Shown here: in pieces, positions 31,653-43,706 of the stretch
Layout of the letters: each line of letters begins with the position of its first letter
Position numbering within the stretch: position 1 is the first letter of the stretch
Assembly: GCA_965644315.1 (NCBI GenBank)
Contig: CBFFRQ010000008.1
Coordinates: forward strand, 42,927 to 106,926
Length of the DNA: 64,000 nucleotides
DNA from: Caecitellus pseudoparvulus
Lineage: Eukaryota > Protista > Bigyra: Bicosoecida
Direction of reading: 5' to 3'
Notes under the pieces: generated by a model
What the model saw: only the letters and a program-made list of their open reading frames with translations
Told to the model about the DNA's origin: nothing
Databases searched by the model: none
Made by a program: the position numbers and the translations under genes

Positions 31653-34600
31653 ATGAGTGGTCCCACTGGTCACCCTGCACTTGTGCCTGCCCAGGCTGCT
31701 CGCCAGCCACGTCTGCGGCAGTGCAGACCGCTGCAACGCCTGGCACTTCCCTGCGTCATTGCACTATGCCTTGCGCTGCTGCCCATCGGCCGCGGTGTCA
31801 TAAACGAGACGTTTCCACAGGCACTGCAACGCCAACTGCGTTTTCAGTCCTATGAGCCGATTCCCGCCTCCGCGTGGAGTGCAGGCGTCGCAGGCGACAC
31901 GCTGGCCCTGAGCACAAAAGCACGCATTGGCGCCAGCTCACACGGCACAGAGCACAATGCGACGCTGTTCGTGGAAGCCGCCCACGTGTCTGTGCATGAG
32001 GAGCTCCTGAGGTGGGACTTCAACATCAGCGTCAACGGCAGCCTGCCCCTTGCAGGCAACGCCTCCTCCGCTGCCATGCCACACGTCAGCTTCTGGGCAG
32101 TGGGCACGATGGTGGACCTGTTCGTGCAGGACCACGCGCCCATGCCGTGGGCCAACCGCAGCACCTGGCGCAACGCCTCCGCCACCATCCCGCTCCGTGC
32201 CGAGGGCTCCAGCACTGTGCACGAGGTGACGCTGCAAGGACCAGCCAACCTCTTCGTCATCTTCAAACTCGTGTGGACGCAGGGCTACCCCGAGCCCCGC
32301 GTGGCCTGCCACACAGTGCACAGGTGGCATCACTGGGCGTGGCAGCGTGTGGACGGTGCTCGGCTGTGCTCGGGGCTGGTGTGGGGCCACCCAGTCCTGC
32401 CCTCACAGATCACACCTGCCCCGACGCCGGCTCACCCTCGCGCCTGGACACCAGGCACACACCACCTGCGTGCCGTGCTGCACGCCCCAGTGCAGGATGC
32501 ATTGCTGCCCTTCCACATGGCTGCCGCTCTGCAGCACCCACAAGATGACCCGGTGCTCTTGGAGATCCGAGGCCTCCAGCTGCATTCCCTGCGAGCACTG
32601 CCTGAGGGCCCAGCAGCAGTCAGCTGGTCAGTGCAAGCGTGGACTGCGGGGCAGCGTGTGCATGACCCTGGCAGTGGGCCACCTCATCCCCCTCGTGTGG
32701 AGCTCGTGCCAGTGACACTGAGCACCAAAATGGTCAGCATTGGATACACGCACGCATGTGCCATCACCGGTCCACATGCTGGGGTCAAGTGCTTCGGGGC
32801 AGGCGGCAACCAGCTCAACTTCTTCGCTGGCAAGGGCCGCCTGGGCTACGGCGGCATCGACAACGTCGGCGTGGAGAAGACGCTGAAAGACGTCCCCTTC
32901 GTGCAGCTGCCCCGCCCAGCCAGGCACATCCGAGCGGGGCAGCTGGCGACGTGTGCCACTCTCAACAACGGCACGCTGTACTGCTGGGGTGAGGGCGGCA
33001 CGGGCATCTTGGGCCACGGCGGCGGGCATGATGTCGGGGATGACCCGGGTGAGACACCCCTGTCCTCCGGCCCCGTGCCCGTCGTGGGACGCGTCACCAT
33101 GACAGCCATCGGCGAGCAGCACGCCTGTGCTCTGCTGGACACAGGGCATGTGCGCTGCTGGGGCAGTGGCCTCGGAGGACGCACTGGGTACGCGTCGCAG
33201 AGCCCAATCCTGGACGCGTCCACAGCCGGCATCGTGCGCCTGTCTGACCTGGCCGTGTCCATTGACTCCATGTGGGGCTTCACATGTGCTCTGCTGGTGA
33301 GTGCTGATGTGCAGTGCTGGGGCACAGGGTCCTTTGAGCCGCTCGCAGGCGGCGCTGGGTGGCTGGGCCTGGGGTACCTCACCGATGTGGGGGACAATGA
33401 GCACCCTGCTGACGTCGGGCCCGTGCCGTTGGGCGGCAAGGTGCTGGACATGTCAGTGGGCATGTTCCACGCCTGTGCGTTGATGCTGTCTGGGGGTGTG
33501 CGGTGTTGGGGTGCCAACGATGAGTCCTTTCAGTTCAGTGGAGGTCTCTCATTTCCACTTTCTGGACGTCTGGGCATCGGCAGCACAGCCAGCATGGGTG
33601 ACGATGAGCCTGCCTCCGCCTCCCCCATCATCCAGCTGCCGTGGGAGGTGACCAGCATCTGCTCGTCATTCTGGAACAACTGTGTCACGACCGTGAGCGG
33701 GCAGTCCATGTGCTGGGGTGGCGAGGACTATGGTGAGGCGGGCGTCGGGCGTCAGAAGTACCCCTACAGTGTGACGGAGAAGCGGTCCATCGGAGACGAT
33801 GAAGTGCCGTGGATGCAAGGGTGGATGCAGAATGGCGCCCCCGTCAGCTTCATGAGCTGTGGCACTTCCAGTCAGTTCATTGGCCTGCAGGGCGGCGGCA
33901 TCCGCTACATCGGCGCGCTGGGAGAGGGGCGCTCAGCAACAGGCAAGCTGCGCATCGCGGATACACGACGATATGAAGCACACCAGGTCATCCTCACACC
34001 ACAAGCACTGCATGCAAAGCTTGCAGCAGTGAGTGTGCTGCGCCTGGCCGCTCCTGAGTTCACAGACACAGCCAGTATTCACATCGGGGACACCGTCGCA
34101 TGCGCGCTGACGCGGTGGAAGGGTGTCAGGTGTTGGGGCCAGAACGTTTGGTTGAGGCTGGGAAGGGAAGAGCCTTCCACACATGTCGGGCGTGTCAACT
34201 TGGGACAGCGCTCCACCGCACTGCTGCTGCCTGGCCCGGTGGAGGAGCTGTCTGTTGGCTCACATCACTCTTGCGCTCGACTGCAAGATGCTAGCGTGCG
34301 CTGCTGGGGGTACAACTGGGGTTCTCGGGCCGGTTCAGGCCTGTGGTACCTGTCAGCGGCATCCTCCACCCCGATTGCACTTGGTGGGACGCCTGTAGCC
34401 ATATCGGCCGGCGATGATCACTCCTGCGCCGTGCTATCGTCGGGGCAAGTGCAGTGCTGGGGAGTCAATGTGTATGGTGAGAGATTCCACCCAAACTCGT
34501 ACGTCTCTTCGTCAGGTCAACCTGCGAATGCCATCGCTCCTGCCAGGCAGGTGTGCGCTGGCTCTCGCATGACATGCCTGCTGCTTGATGACGGTCGTGT

Positions 34601-37600
34601 CCAGTGTGTTGGCAACACGCACGGTGGCATCCAGGGAACAGGGAGCACTTTCTACACGTCAGAGACGACCCCTCTGACCACGTTGAACTCGGTAGGCACC
34701 GTGCAGCTGTCTGAGCTTGCCAGCTCTATTTCATGTGGCGCCCATCACGCTTGTGCAGTGCTGGCCAGTGGGGCTGTGCAATGTTGGGGCGCAGGCGGGT
34801 ACTTGGCGACCTCACGGGCCAGGCTTGGACACCCAGGCTTGACTAGCTTCGACATTGGAGACAATGAAACGCCAGCCTCCCTCGGCCCTGTGCAGCTGTC
34901 TGGACCTGCTGTCGCGGTGGAAGCGGGCCCCATCCAATCCTGTGCAGTGCTCGCTACAGGCCACTTGCAGTGCTGGGGCCGGAACTTCAAGGGAGAGCTC
35001 TTCTACGGCCACACCGACACCGTCGGCGCCACCATCACACCGCATCAGGCTGGGCTCTCCCCACTGCCCCCCACAGTGCAGCAGGTGGCCGCTGGTTACG
35101 AAGCCACCTGCGTCCTGCTGCATGGCGGGCACATTCGGTGTGTCGGTGACAATTCTCAGGGCCTGCTGGGCTCGGGCTTCCCGGGCATCGTGGGCCAACA
35201 CGGACTGCCTCGCTACATGCTCAACCCATCCCCACAGGTGCTGGACCTGGGGCAGCATGTGGCCATTTCCTCCCTGCTTCCCGGTCTCCGCGCCCTGGGC
35301 AGTGTCATGCAGTGGGCCAGCATCGCCCAGGTGCGCTCGTGCCCCTCCTGCCCCATGAAGGACGTGGAGTCCCTCCCACCCTGGCTCATGAGCGTCATGC
35401 GTGGGGCCGAGTTCATCGACATGCTGCCCCCTGCCGCCTCCACCGGCATTCTGTGCCGGCAGCGCGGCATGCCGACGCGCTCTGGAGTGGACCTGTGTGC
35501 ACCCTACCAAGCCTGCAGTCGTGACCTGGATGCATCTGCTGAGCTGCAGCCCTTCGCTGAGACGTGTGTGTGGCCCGAGGACTGGTCCATGGACACCATC
35601 CTCCAAGTGACTGCCGTGACTGACCAGGCGGCACAAGGCAAGCCTGCAGTGTCGCCTGCCGCGGGGGGCCTGCAGGTGAAGCTGGTGGGGCGCTTCTGGC
35701 CCCTCACCATTCTCCGTCGCGAAGCCGTGCCGTTCACTGTCTTGATAGGTGCCGCGCCCTGCACAGCCCCTCAGCTGGCGTCCGTGTCAGAGCTGACGTG
35801 CATCACGCCTCCACTGCCGGACACAAACCTCACCTCAGGCGCTGCCATCCGCATCGAGCACAGCGTCCCCAATGTCCCCAGCCCTGTGCGGAGTCCGCCT
35901 GATGTGGTGGTGCAGTATGCGCCGCCACTGCTGAGCTTCGTGCAGCCAGCCCAGGATCTCCCCGTCGCAGGCGCGGACGTGACTGTGCGTGGCGCGCACC
36001 TCGGCCAGACGCTGTCCAGTACGGCCAGTGTGCCGTGGCTCCTGCCGCTGACTGCTGTGCACGTTGCTGTGCTGGAGCACCCCCTCGAAGCGGCTCCAGC
36101 ATCCCGCTGCAACGTGACGTCAGTGTCAGTGGCGTCCATTCAGTGCACCATGCCGCCTGGCCTGGGCACGGTGTGGCTGCGTGTCACTGTGGCTGGGCAG
36201 ACTGCCCTTGACATGCTGGAGGTGTCATACGCGGCGCCCCTCGTCACTTCAGTGGCGCCTGCCACTCTCCTGTGGTCCCCGCCCGCCAACGCCAGCCAGG
36301 CGTCGCTCCACATCCACGGGTCAGCTCTGGGACTGCGAGCCCAGGACTTGGACGTGACTGTCGCTGGCGCACCCTGTGGACAGATCCTGTGGCATGACAG
36401 CACCCACATCGAGTGCGCTGCCGTGAACACCAGTGCCGTGGACACATCGGCATCATCGGGAGATGTCATGCTTCGTGTGCTGCCCACTGGCCACGAGACA
36501 AGCCTGTCGGCAGCAGTGCGTGTCTTCGGACCCATGCGCGTCACAGGCGCAGCTCCACTGACTGTCCCATGGGGAGGCGGCACTATGACTGTGTTTGGGC
36601 TGGAGTTCGGCCTGCTGGGAGTTGGGGGGAGCATCGACGCAGTGACCATGAACGGCGTGCCCTGCACCGGAGTTGTGGTGTCGGCTTCTTCCCTCTCGTG
36701 CTCCCTGCCACCCGGAGTCGGTGGGCTGTCCCCCATCGTTGTGCGGCGTGCCGCCGGCGCCGAGGCCCAGTTTGTCAGTGCGTCCTTGGCTTATGACCCG
36801 CCCCGTCTCAGCCACACACAGCCCAGCGTCTTGTCCGCAGCGTTGCCTGGGGCTCAGGGCACCACCACTCTGACTGTGCACGGCCAAGGCTTCGGCCAGC
36901 CGGGTGCTTGCCCGGTGCATGCAACGGTTGGATCACAGACGTGCATCGTGCAGCACGTGTCCAACACCACGCTCCTGTGCACGGGCCTGAACGCGACGGC
37001 ACTGCTGGCCGTAGCAAGTGCGACGGTGCAAGTGACAGTGGCTGGGCGCCCCTGCCCGTCGCCGCTAAACCTGCGCGTGCTGCAGAAGCCATCTGTGGCG
37101 GCCATGCAACCGTCGGTCGTGACGGCTGCAGGGGGCACGGAGGTGACGCTGCTGGGTGTGGACTTCGGGGGGGGGGCTCTTTCCGATGTGCAGGAGGTGC
37201 TGATTGGCGCCGCCACCTGTGCCATCTTGACGGTGAGCTCCACCAGCATCCGCTGCAGGACACCTTCCAAGCAAGTCGCTGGCGGGAGCCCTGTGGCGGC
37301 CACTGTGCGCCTTGCCTCTGGCTTCCAGGACACTCTGCCCAATGCCCTGATCTACACTGAAGCAGAGATCTTCCGCGTCGAAGGGGGCACCCTCATGCCT
37401 GCCGCTCGCCTTGGGGTCGCCACAGCGACACTCAGCGCCTTTGGCCTGGCCTTGGGTGCACCGGGCATGGCCAGTCCTGGCAATGTGTCCATCGCGGGTG
37501 TCGACTGTGCTGCAGCAGGTGGTGTTGTCAGCCTTGCTGCCAATGCCCGCAGTGTGACGTGTGATGGGCTCGACCCTGGCGTCCTGCCACAGCAACAGGC

Positions 37601-40424
37601 TGGCTCAGCCACGACTGTGCAGCTGGTCGTGACGACCAATGAAGGCCTGCAGCTGACTGCACCTGCTGGCACTGTGCAGCTCCTGGGGCCACCACAAGTG
37701 GAAACGCTCGTCCCGCCGCAGGTGCGTGCAGGGGAAGCCGTCGCTGTGCTCGGGCGCAACTTCGGCCTGCAACGTGGCGACGTTCAAGAGGTGCTGGTCG
37801 GCAGCGTTCCCGTGCCAGACGAGGCGTGGGAGTGGAACAGCCAGGGCAGCATCAGCATCACGGCTGTGCCCGAGCCCGCCACCTTGGTCCTGTCCAGCCT
37901 CGTAGATCTGCCAGTGGTGCTGCGCCTGGCCAACGGCCACAGTGCAGTGTCCACCCCCCCGGCTGTCTTAACGTACGACGTGCCGCCCTCTGCCCCCCGC
38001 AACGCACCAGGCGAGCCCTGCCTGTACCGCGAGGGGCCAGGCGGCAACATCAGGGCAAGCTTCCTGTGGGAAGACGACACTGCCACTCGCCTTTCGCCTG
38101 TTGCGGCATGGATCGTGCATGTGTCTGTGCAACCCTGGATGGAGGGCGGACGGTACACCCAGCGAGTCGTGCCGACATCAGGCGAGTCGGTGGGCGACGT
38201 GCTGGTGTCGGACGCAGGGATTGGGCCGTGCAGTCACTTGCGAGTGGATGGGAGGAGCGCATCCACTCGCGTCATTGACCTGCGCATTCTGGAGTCGCCT
38301 CAACGCCCCGTGTGGGTGCGTGTCAGTGCGGCAACAGGCGTGGCCGACCCTGCCCTGCGCGGCCCGCCCAGTTCTGTGGGTGGGCCAGTCTTCCCCCAGT
38401 GCTTGCCAGCGCAGTACATTGCCACTCAGCACGCGAGGCAGGGGCGGTGGGGTGGCGCAGTGTGCCTTGCCTGTCCCGACGGCGCCGTGTGTGGGGGCTT
38501 GCCATGGGAAGGCATGCGGGCGGCTGCAGGCTACTACAGGGTGCCCTGGAGCGAGCATGGCCTGACGTTCCAGCGGTGCACAGACCCGACGCTGTGCCCG
38601 CCAGCGGTCAATGTGCGCTTGACTGCGCAGCAGCTGGCGTATGTGCGCCCCCAGTGGAACGTGACACGCCCCAACTCCACGTCAGAAGGGCAGCACCCCG
38701 GTCTGCCGGCAGCTTTCCAGGCCCAGCAGCTGGACATCCAAGCACCTGCCGAGGACGGCTTCACTGTGCAGCAGGGCGACGCATCGAACTCCTCCGCTAC
38801 AGATCTGGCCGTGGCCTCGAACTGTGTTGCTGGGCACACTGGCCCCATGTGCAGCAAGTGTGCTGTGGGGTATGGGCGCCTGGGCACGCCTCAGTGTGCG
38901 CCGTGTGAGGGCGGGTCCAGTCGCTCCATCGGGTTGATTTTCGTCTTCTTCGTACTCATGGTGGCGGTGGTGGTGTGGCTGGTGCGGGGTCAAGTGCAAC
39001 TTTCAAAGGCGGACAAGAAAGACCACAGTGTTGCCAAGAAAGTCCTCGTCACGCACATACAGCAGACTGCCCTCATGATGTCCTTTGACCTGGAGTGGCC
39101 AGACCCCTTCAAGACTCTGCTTGCTGTGTCTGACACAGCTGCTGCCAGCAGCGCACAAATCGCATCCCTGGACTGCGTGCGCTCCAAGGAGGTGCCCAAC
39201 GCGCCCAGCTCCTCCTTCCGCATGCAGGTTCTCCTCACGGTGGCCGCCCCTGCCATCATCCTCTCCGTATGCCTTCTGGGTGCCTTCGGGCTGGCTGCGC
39301 TGAAGTCTCGCCCCGACTGGGCTGAGGCTCGCCGCCGCGTCATTGTCGCCGTCCTGGTCGTGGCATTCTTGTTCTACGCGCCCCTCACTCGCACAGTCAT
39401 GCAGCTGTTTACATGTGTGAGTGTGGGCGGAGAGCAGCGCCTGCTGAATGACTTGGAGGTGCTGTGTGACTCGTCTGGAAACTTGGCGTGGGTGTATGGC
39501 TTGGGCGTGCCGCTGCTCGTGGTGTTCGTCGCTGGCATGCCAGCGGCCATTGCCCACACCCTGTACAGTCGACGCACTCGTCTGCAAGACTCATCATGGC
39601 ACCGCCGCACGTTTGGATTCTTGTATGTCGACTACAAGCCGCAGTACTACTGGTACGAGGTGGTCATCATGGCCCGCAAGGCCCTGTTTGCCACGGTGCT
39701 CGTGGCGCTGCGCCCCATCGGGCTGCTGTGGCAGATTGCATTCGGCATGCTCGTGCTGTCTGCAGCCTGCATCGCCTCTGCCACCTGGGCGCCCTTCATC
39801 AACCCCACCTTCAACTCCCTCGACTTGGCATCCTTGGCGCTGTCCATGACCACACTTGCAGGCGGCGCCATTCTGTACCAGGGCGCAGTGGAGCAGCGCA
39901 GAGCAGACGCAGTCGGTGGCTCGCCGCCGTGGCCTCACTACAGTGCTGCAGGCCAGACTGTCACAGTGCTGCTCACCTTGGCCAACATCATCTTCGTCGT
40001 GGGCATGGTGGCTTGGATGGCGCGCTCCTTCTACAACGAGGAGATCTCCCCCCGCCTCAGCGTCGCCAAAGCCAAGCACAAAGAGGGCATCTTGAAGGCG
40101 TCTCGGCTGCACCACAAGCTTGCCAAGGTCAACAAGGTCTCTGACAAGCCCAAGAGCTCCGTGCTGGGGAAGACTGGAGCTCTGCCTTCTCCAGCTGCTC
40201 TGCCGGTGGGGCATGATGCCAAGCATGCACCTGCCAGCGCTCCGGACACGCCAGGCGCTGAATCATCACAAACAGGCATGGCCCAATCCCCGGTGGTTGC
40301 TCGTGGACGTGCACCCCAGGAGAAGACAGCCGTTGCAGCCATTGCGGGAAGGTCAGTGTTGACGCCTGGCAGCCGTGCTGCGCGTGTGCGAACAAGCTTG
40401 GCTATGGCAGAATCGAAGAAGTGA
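31653..40424 (+). CDS. Giant RCC1-TIG-multiTM putative receptor, copy 2 (full length)
   Basis: Same architecture as copy 1, with GHTGPMCSKC...TM intact. Uninterrupted frame. Confidence 0.9.
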   Translation: MSGPTGHPALVPAQAARQPRLRQCRPLQRLALPCVIALCLALLPIGRGVINETFPQALQRQLRFQSYEPIPASAWSAGVAGDTLALSTKARIGASSHGTEHNATLFVEAAHVSVHEELLRWDFNISVNGSLPLAGNASSAAMPHVSFWAVGTMVDLFVQDHAPMPWANRSTWRNASATIPLRAEGSSTVHEVTLQGPANLFVIFKLVWTQGYPEPRVACHTVHRWHHWAWQRVDGARLCSGLVWGHPVLPSQITPAPTPAHPRAWTPGTHHLRAVLHAPVQDALLPFHMAAALQHPQDDPVLLEIRGLQLHSLRALPEGPAAVSWSVQAWTAGQRVHDPGSGPPHPPRVELVPVTLSTKMVSIGYTHACAITGPHAGVKCFGAGGNQLNFFAGKGRLGYGGIDNVGVEKTLKDVPFVQLPRPARHIRAGQLATCATLNNGTLYCWGEGGTGILGHGGGHDVGDDPGETPLSSGPVPVVGRVTMTAIGEQHACALLDTGHVRCWGSGLGGRTGYASQSPILDASTAGIVRLSDLAVSIDSMWGFTCALLVSADVQCWGTGSFEPLAGGAGWLGLGYLTDVGDNEHPADVGPVPLGGKVLDMSVGMFHACALMLSGGVRCWGANDESFQFSGGLSFPLSGRLGIGSTASMGDDEPASASPIIQLPWEVTSICSSFWNNCVTTVSGQSMCWGGEDYGEAGVGRQKYPYSVTEKRSIGDDEVPWMQGWMQNGAPVSFMSCGTSSQFIGLQGGGIRYIGALGEGRSATGKLRIADTRRYEAHQVILTPQALHAKLAAVSVLRLAAPEFTDTASIHIGDTVACALTRWKGVRCWGQNVWLRLGREEPSTHVGRVNLGQRSTALLLPGPVEELSVGSHHSCARLQDASVRCWGYNWGSRAGSGLWYLSAASSTPIALGGTPVAISAGDDHSCAVLSSGQVQCWGVNVYGERFHPNSYVSSSGQPANAIAPARQVCAGSRMTCLLLDDGRVQCVGNTHGGIQGTGSTFYTSETTPLTTLNSVGTVQLSELASSISCGAHHACAVLASGAVQCWGAGGYLATSRARLGHPGLTSFDIGDNETPASLGPVQLSGPAVAVEAGPIQSCAVLATGHLQCWGRNFKGELFYGHTDTVGATITPHQAGLSPLPPTVQQVAAGYEATCVLLHGGHIRCVGDNSQGLLGSGFPGIVGQHGLPRYMLNPSPQVLDLGQHVAISSLLPGLRALGSVMQWASIAQVRSCPSCPMKDVESLPPWLMSVMRGAEFIDMLPPAASTGILCRQRGMPTRSGVDLCAPYQACSRDLDASAELQPFAETCVWPEDWSMDTILQVTAVTDQAAQGKPAVSPAAGGLQVKLVGRFWPLTILRREAVPFTVLIGAAPCTAPQLASVSELTCITPPLPDTNLTSGAAIRIEHSVPNVPSPVRSPPDVVVQYAPPLLSFVQPAQDLPVAGADVTVRGAHLGQTLSSTASVPWLLPLTAVHVAVLEHPLEAAPASRCNVTSVSVASIQCTMPPGLGTVWLRVTVAGQTALDMLEVSYAAPLVTSVAPATLLWSPPANASQASLHIHGSALGLRAQDLDVTVAGAPCGQILWHDSTHIECAAVNTSAVDTSASSGDVMLRVLPTGHETSLSAAVRVFGPMRVTGAAPLTVPWGGGTMTVFGLEFGLLGVGGSIDAVTMNGVPCTGVVVSASSLSCSLPPGVGGLSPIVVRRAAGAEAQFVSASLAYDPPRLSHTQPSVLSAALPGAQGTTTLTVHGQGFGQPGACPVHATVGSQTCIVQHVSNTTLLCTGLNATALLAVASATVQVTVAGRPCPSPLNLRVLQKPSVAAMQPSVVTAAGGTEVTLLGVDFGGGALSDVQEVLIGAATCAILTVSSTSIRCRTPSKQVAGGSPVAATVRLASGFQDTLPNALIYTEAEIFRVEGGTLMPAARLGVATATLSAFGLALGAPGMASPGNVSIAGVDCAAAGGVVSLAANARSVTCDGLDPGVLPQQQAGSATTVQLVVTTNEGLQLTAPAGTVQLLGPPQVETLVPPQVRAGEAVAVLGRNFGLQRGDVQEVLVGSVPVPDEAWEWNSQGSISITAVPEPATLVLSSLVDLPVVLRLANGHSAVSTPPAVLTYDVPPSAPRNAPGEPCLYREGPGGNIRASFLWEDDTATRLSPVAAWIVHVSVQPWMEGGRYTQRVVPTSGESVGDVLVSDAGIGPCSHLRVDGRSASTRVIDLRILESPQRPVWVRVSAATGVADPALRGPPSSVGGPVFPQCLPAQYIATQHARQGRWGGAVCLACPDGAVCGGLPWEGMRAAAGYYRVPWSEHGLTFQRCTDPTLCPPAVNVRLTAQQLAYVRPQWNVTRPNSTSEGQHPGLPAAFQAQQLDIQAPAEDGFTVQQGDASNSSATDLAVASNCVAGHTGPMCSKCAVGYGRLGTPQCAPCEGGSSRSIGLIFVFFVLMVAVVVWLVRGQVQLSKADKKDHSVAKKVLVTHIQQTALMMSFDLEWPDPFKTLLAVSDTAAASSAQIASLDCVRSKEVPNAPSSSFRMQVLLTVAAPAIILSVCLLGAFGLAALKSRPDWAEARRRVIVAVLVVAFLFYAPLTRTVMQLFTCVSVGGEQRLLNDLEVLCDSSGNLAWVYGLGVPLLVVFVAGMPAAIAHTLYSRRTRLQDSSWHRRTFGFLYVDYKPQYYWYEVVIMARKALFATVLVALRPIGLLWQIAFGMLVLSAACIASATWAPFINPTFNSLDLASLALSMTTLAGGAILYQGAVEQRRADAVGGSPPWPHYSAAGQTVTVLLTLANIIFVVGMVAWMARSFYNEEISPRLSVAKAKHKEGILKASRLHHKLAKVNKVSDKPKSSVLGKTGALPSPAALPVGHDAKHAPASAPDTPGAESSQTGMAQSPVVARGRAPQEKTAVAAIAGRSVLTPGSRAARVRTSLAMAESKK

Positions 40425-41055
40425 GCCACCTTTCAAACAATCACGTTTTCAAAATGCATGATCTGCAGGTTTATTCGCGGCGGTAAGGTGCCAGGCATTC
40501 CCAAACCCATCCAGCAGACGCTGGGGAGCGTATCTTGACTCTCTCCCGCGCACAAACACCTCAACTTGCTGCCAGCCCAAGGCCATACCCGCCGCAGCCG
40601 TTCGAAAGAAAAACCGTTCCGATCCACAAAAGCAGGACCTAATCGGCAAACTAGGCTCTGAAGTTTTGCGATTGCCTGCAAAACAATAACCAAATGCTTC
40701 CCTGCGGAACAATCAGCCTTGCAGTATCGTAAAGCCACCCCAGCAAGACACAGTCCAACGCCTCCACGCATAAGGCGCTCGCGACACTCATTCACAGCGC
40801 CAAGGATGCCATTCTCAACAAGAGCCACAAAGCTCACCATGCTGCTTCCGCGCACGTCCTCTGCTCGGCAGTGCATAGGCGAGCGCTCCCCGTCCAAGTC
40901 TTGGCCAGCATACTCAAAGCAGCCACCGAGCACAAGTTTCACGGACAGCCCATGGTGCAGCTTGCAACAGCCTGTCTCCCCCACCGACAGCAAGTCCAGG
41001 TGCGCCGCCGCACATCCCGACGCCCACACAGCAAGCGCACCAAGCCTTGACGCCT

Positions 41056-43202
41056 TCACCTCCACTTCCGGCGCCGAGCACTGGCAAGCGCCCGAGCAGC
41101 CAACACAGCCGCGCCACACACACAACAGCCAAAGCCCACAGCCAGCCCCAACCTCCAAACATCCCACGAGCAAGGCTGCAGCCATGGCAGCCCTGACCCA
41201 AGCCCCACCCACAGCGTCTGATTCATCGTCACGTACGGTGCGAATGACTCCCCCCCCACCACACCCACGCCTCGAGATGCGTGCAAAAGACACACCTCAG
41301 CACCAGACGCTGGTGGACTTGCCCACTCATGACCCGCCAGCGGATGAGCTGCCAACGACCCTTGGTGCCGTCCAAGCGCCACACGTCCACCATCCAACCT
41401 GCACACTGACCGGCGCAACCAAGACTGAACCGCCAATCGCTCCCTGCACACTGGTGTGAGGCAGTGCCACTTTCGCTGAACCCTCCCTTCCCGCAGCGCT
41501 GCCGCTGCACAAGCCACGGCGTGCTCACCGAAACCCCCCACATCAAACGATTCAGACGACACTGCTCCCAGCACACGCTGAACCTCCCTGCACTCGGCAC
41601 ACGCAGCGCCAGCACAAGCGGCAGCATCAATCATGGCACACTGTCCTGGCGTCAAGCTGCGCTCTTGACTCCAAACCACCCCATCGCCAGTCACCTCAGC
41701 TGCCCACACGTCGTCCAGGTCCACACAGCCAGGAGCACACTGCGCACCCGACACAAGCAGCAGCCTGCTGTGCGATGTAGCCACCTGCATGCCCATGCTG
41801 CGAGGTGCCGGCCATGCTGCCGAAGCTCCCACTGCCCGCAACAAGGCCCACGTCACTGGGCGCCCCTGCTCCACGCTGCCACGCCACAGATCCCCAAGCA
41901 CCAACCCCGCGCTGCTGCCCCGCGTGCGGAACTGGTGCCGCTCCAGCCCACCCTGCAAAGCAGCCTGGACTGTGCACTGCGAACACGCCCCTCCGAACAA
42001 GAACAACGCCCCGCCACCGCCGTCGCGTGTGCTTGCATGGAAAGTCATGTGCCCAGAGTGCCGACTGAGCGGCCACCGCCCAGTGACACTGTCAGCAACA
42101 CACCCTGCAGAGCTCGAGTGCTCCAGCACAGACACACTGCCTGGCGCCTGCACTGACAAGCTCCACAGCTCGCATGAGTCCGCCAAGGGCGACGCAGATC
42201 CGCCCAACCGCCGCGCAAGAACACGACCCACGCCAGTGTCCCCAAGGCTCTCCAACTCCCCCTTCATCGCCTCCACCGAGCCAGTGACCTGAGACAGCAG
42301 CCCCCCAAACACCCACACTGCACGAAGAGCGTACTGCCCATCACCTCCCCCCACCTCGTAACTCGCAGTGGAAGCAGCTGAGGCACGGGCCAACAACGCC
42401 TCAGCCAGCGACGCGGACAACCGAGACTGCTGCACAGAGGCACCCACGTGCCCCCAAAAGTGCTCCTCCACTCGGGACCACCGAATGAGCACCTGGCCAG
42501 CGACATCTGCCTCCTCCCCCATCCACACCCTGCCATGGCTCGTACCGGGTGCGTAGTGAAAGGCCGCCGCATCGAGCCCGGGGGCAGCACAGGCGTCTGA
42601 CCCCCCTTTGCCCACGTCGCCCCCCAGCACCAACATGCCCCGCGGACCCACGGCAGCTGCGAGACAGGAAGGGGGGCGCCTACACAACACTCACCGTGCC
42701 TGGCACCGCACAGCTCACTCACAAACCACTGCGTTCATGCGGGGACATGGCACCACCCCTCCAGCCTCCCGCGGCACCATGGCCACACGGCGAGGCGGGG
42801 AGCAGTCTGCAGCCTGGTACACACCAGTCCCATGCCTGCGAAAGAGAACCAGCGCAGCCTCAGTGACAGCGTTGCCCCAGGAGCGTCCCCGTGCCAACAC
42901 CATGCGCTTCGGCAGTGTGCACGCTCAACCGAGCCAGCCGCTCTCCACCCTGGCCGCGCTCAGCAACCCAGCACACGCAGCCCCACGCACCACTCAGGAC
43001 CCTGCTCCGACATCTGGTACCCAAACACAGACGTGAACCACACCTTCGATGCCGCGCCCTGCACCGTGGAGCAGTTGGCACGGAGGACGGCGCTGGCGCC
43101 GAAACGTGCGCGAAACTCTCCACACCCTCGCAGCACCTGAACCTCGCCCGCAGCACAGCAGAGGCTCAAGGTGACCAATGCCGACAGACACACACGATGC
43201 AT
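41056..43202 (-). CDS. Kelch-repeat-like membrane protein, copy 3
   Basis: Near-identical to 29007-31150; the 544-codon frame is intact. Confidence 0.65.
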
Positions 43203-43706
43203 GGCAGGCAATGACGCCGCGATCAAGCTGTCTCGGTGCTGCTCGAGTCAAGCCCCGCCCAATTGACGGATCGCCACCCAACTCTCCACTCCACAACAAT
43301 GACTGTCATGCCACATTCAACACTGACACCCGACACGCAGTAAAGCATACATGAGCGTATTTACTTTCAGCTTCACCTTAGGAATTGAGCTGCAGGACTT
43401 GGAAAGTGGCCGGCGTGGTACCTCTGCTATCAGCACTTTTTGCAGGAGGCTTGCAGGCAACCAACCCTGCTCCACGCCAGCACACCGTCGGGTTCCCCCA
43501 CAACAAGCCCTCCTGCAGCATTCACTGTGCAGAGGACAGACGTGTCGGGGTGGGCCGGACGTGGCCACTGCTGCTCTGACTCGCCACGGCCTGCATCCCC
43601 AGTTTGCCGGCCGCACTCGACTGCACAGCTCCTGCCCACAGCCTGCACACCACACACAGCGCTTCCTGCCGTTGAAGTGCACACAAGGACTCCACTTCTA
43701 GCGGTC

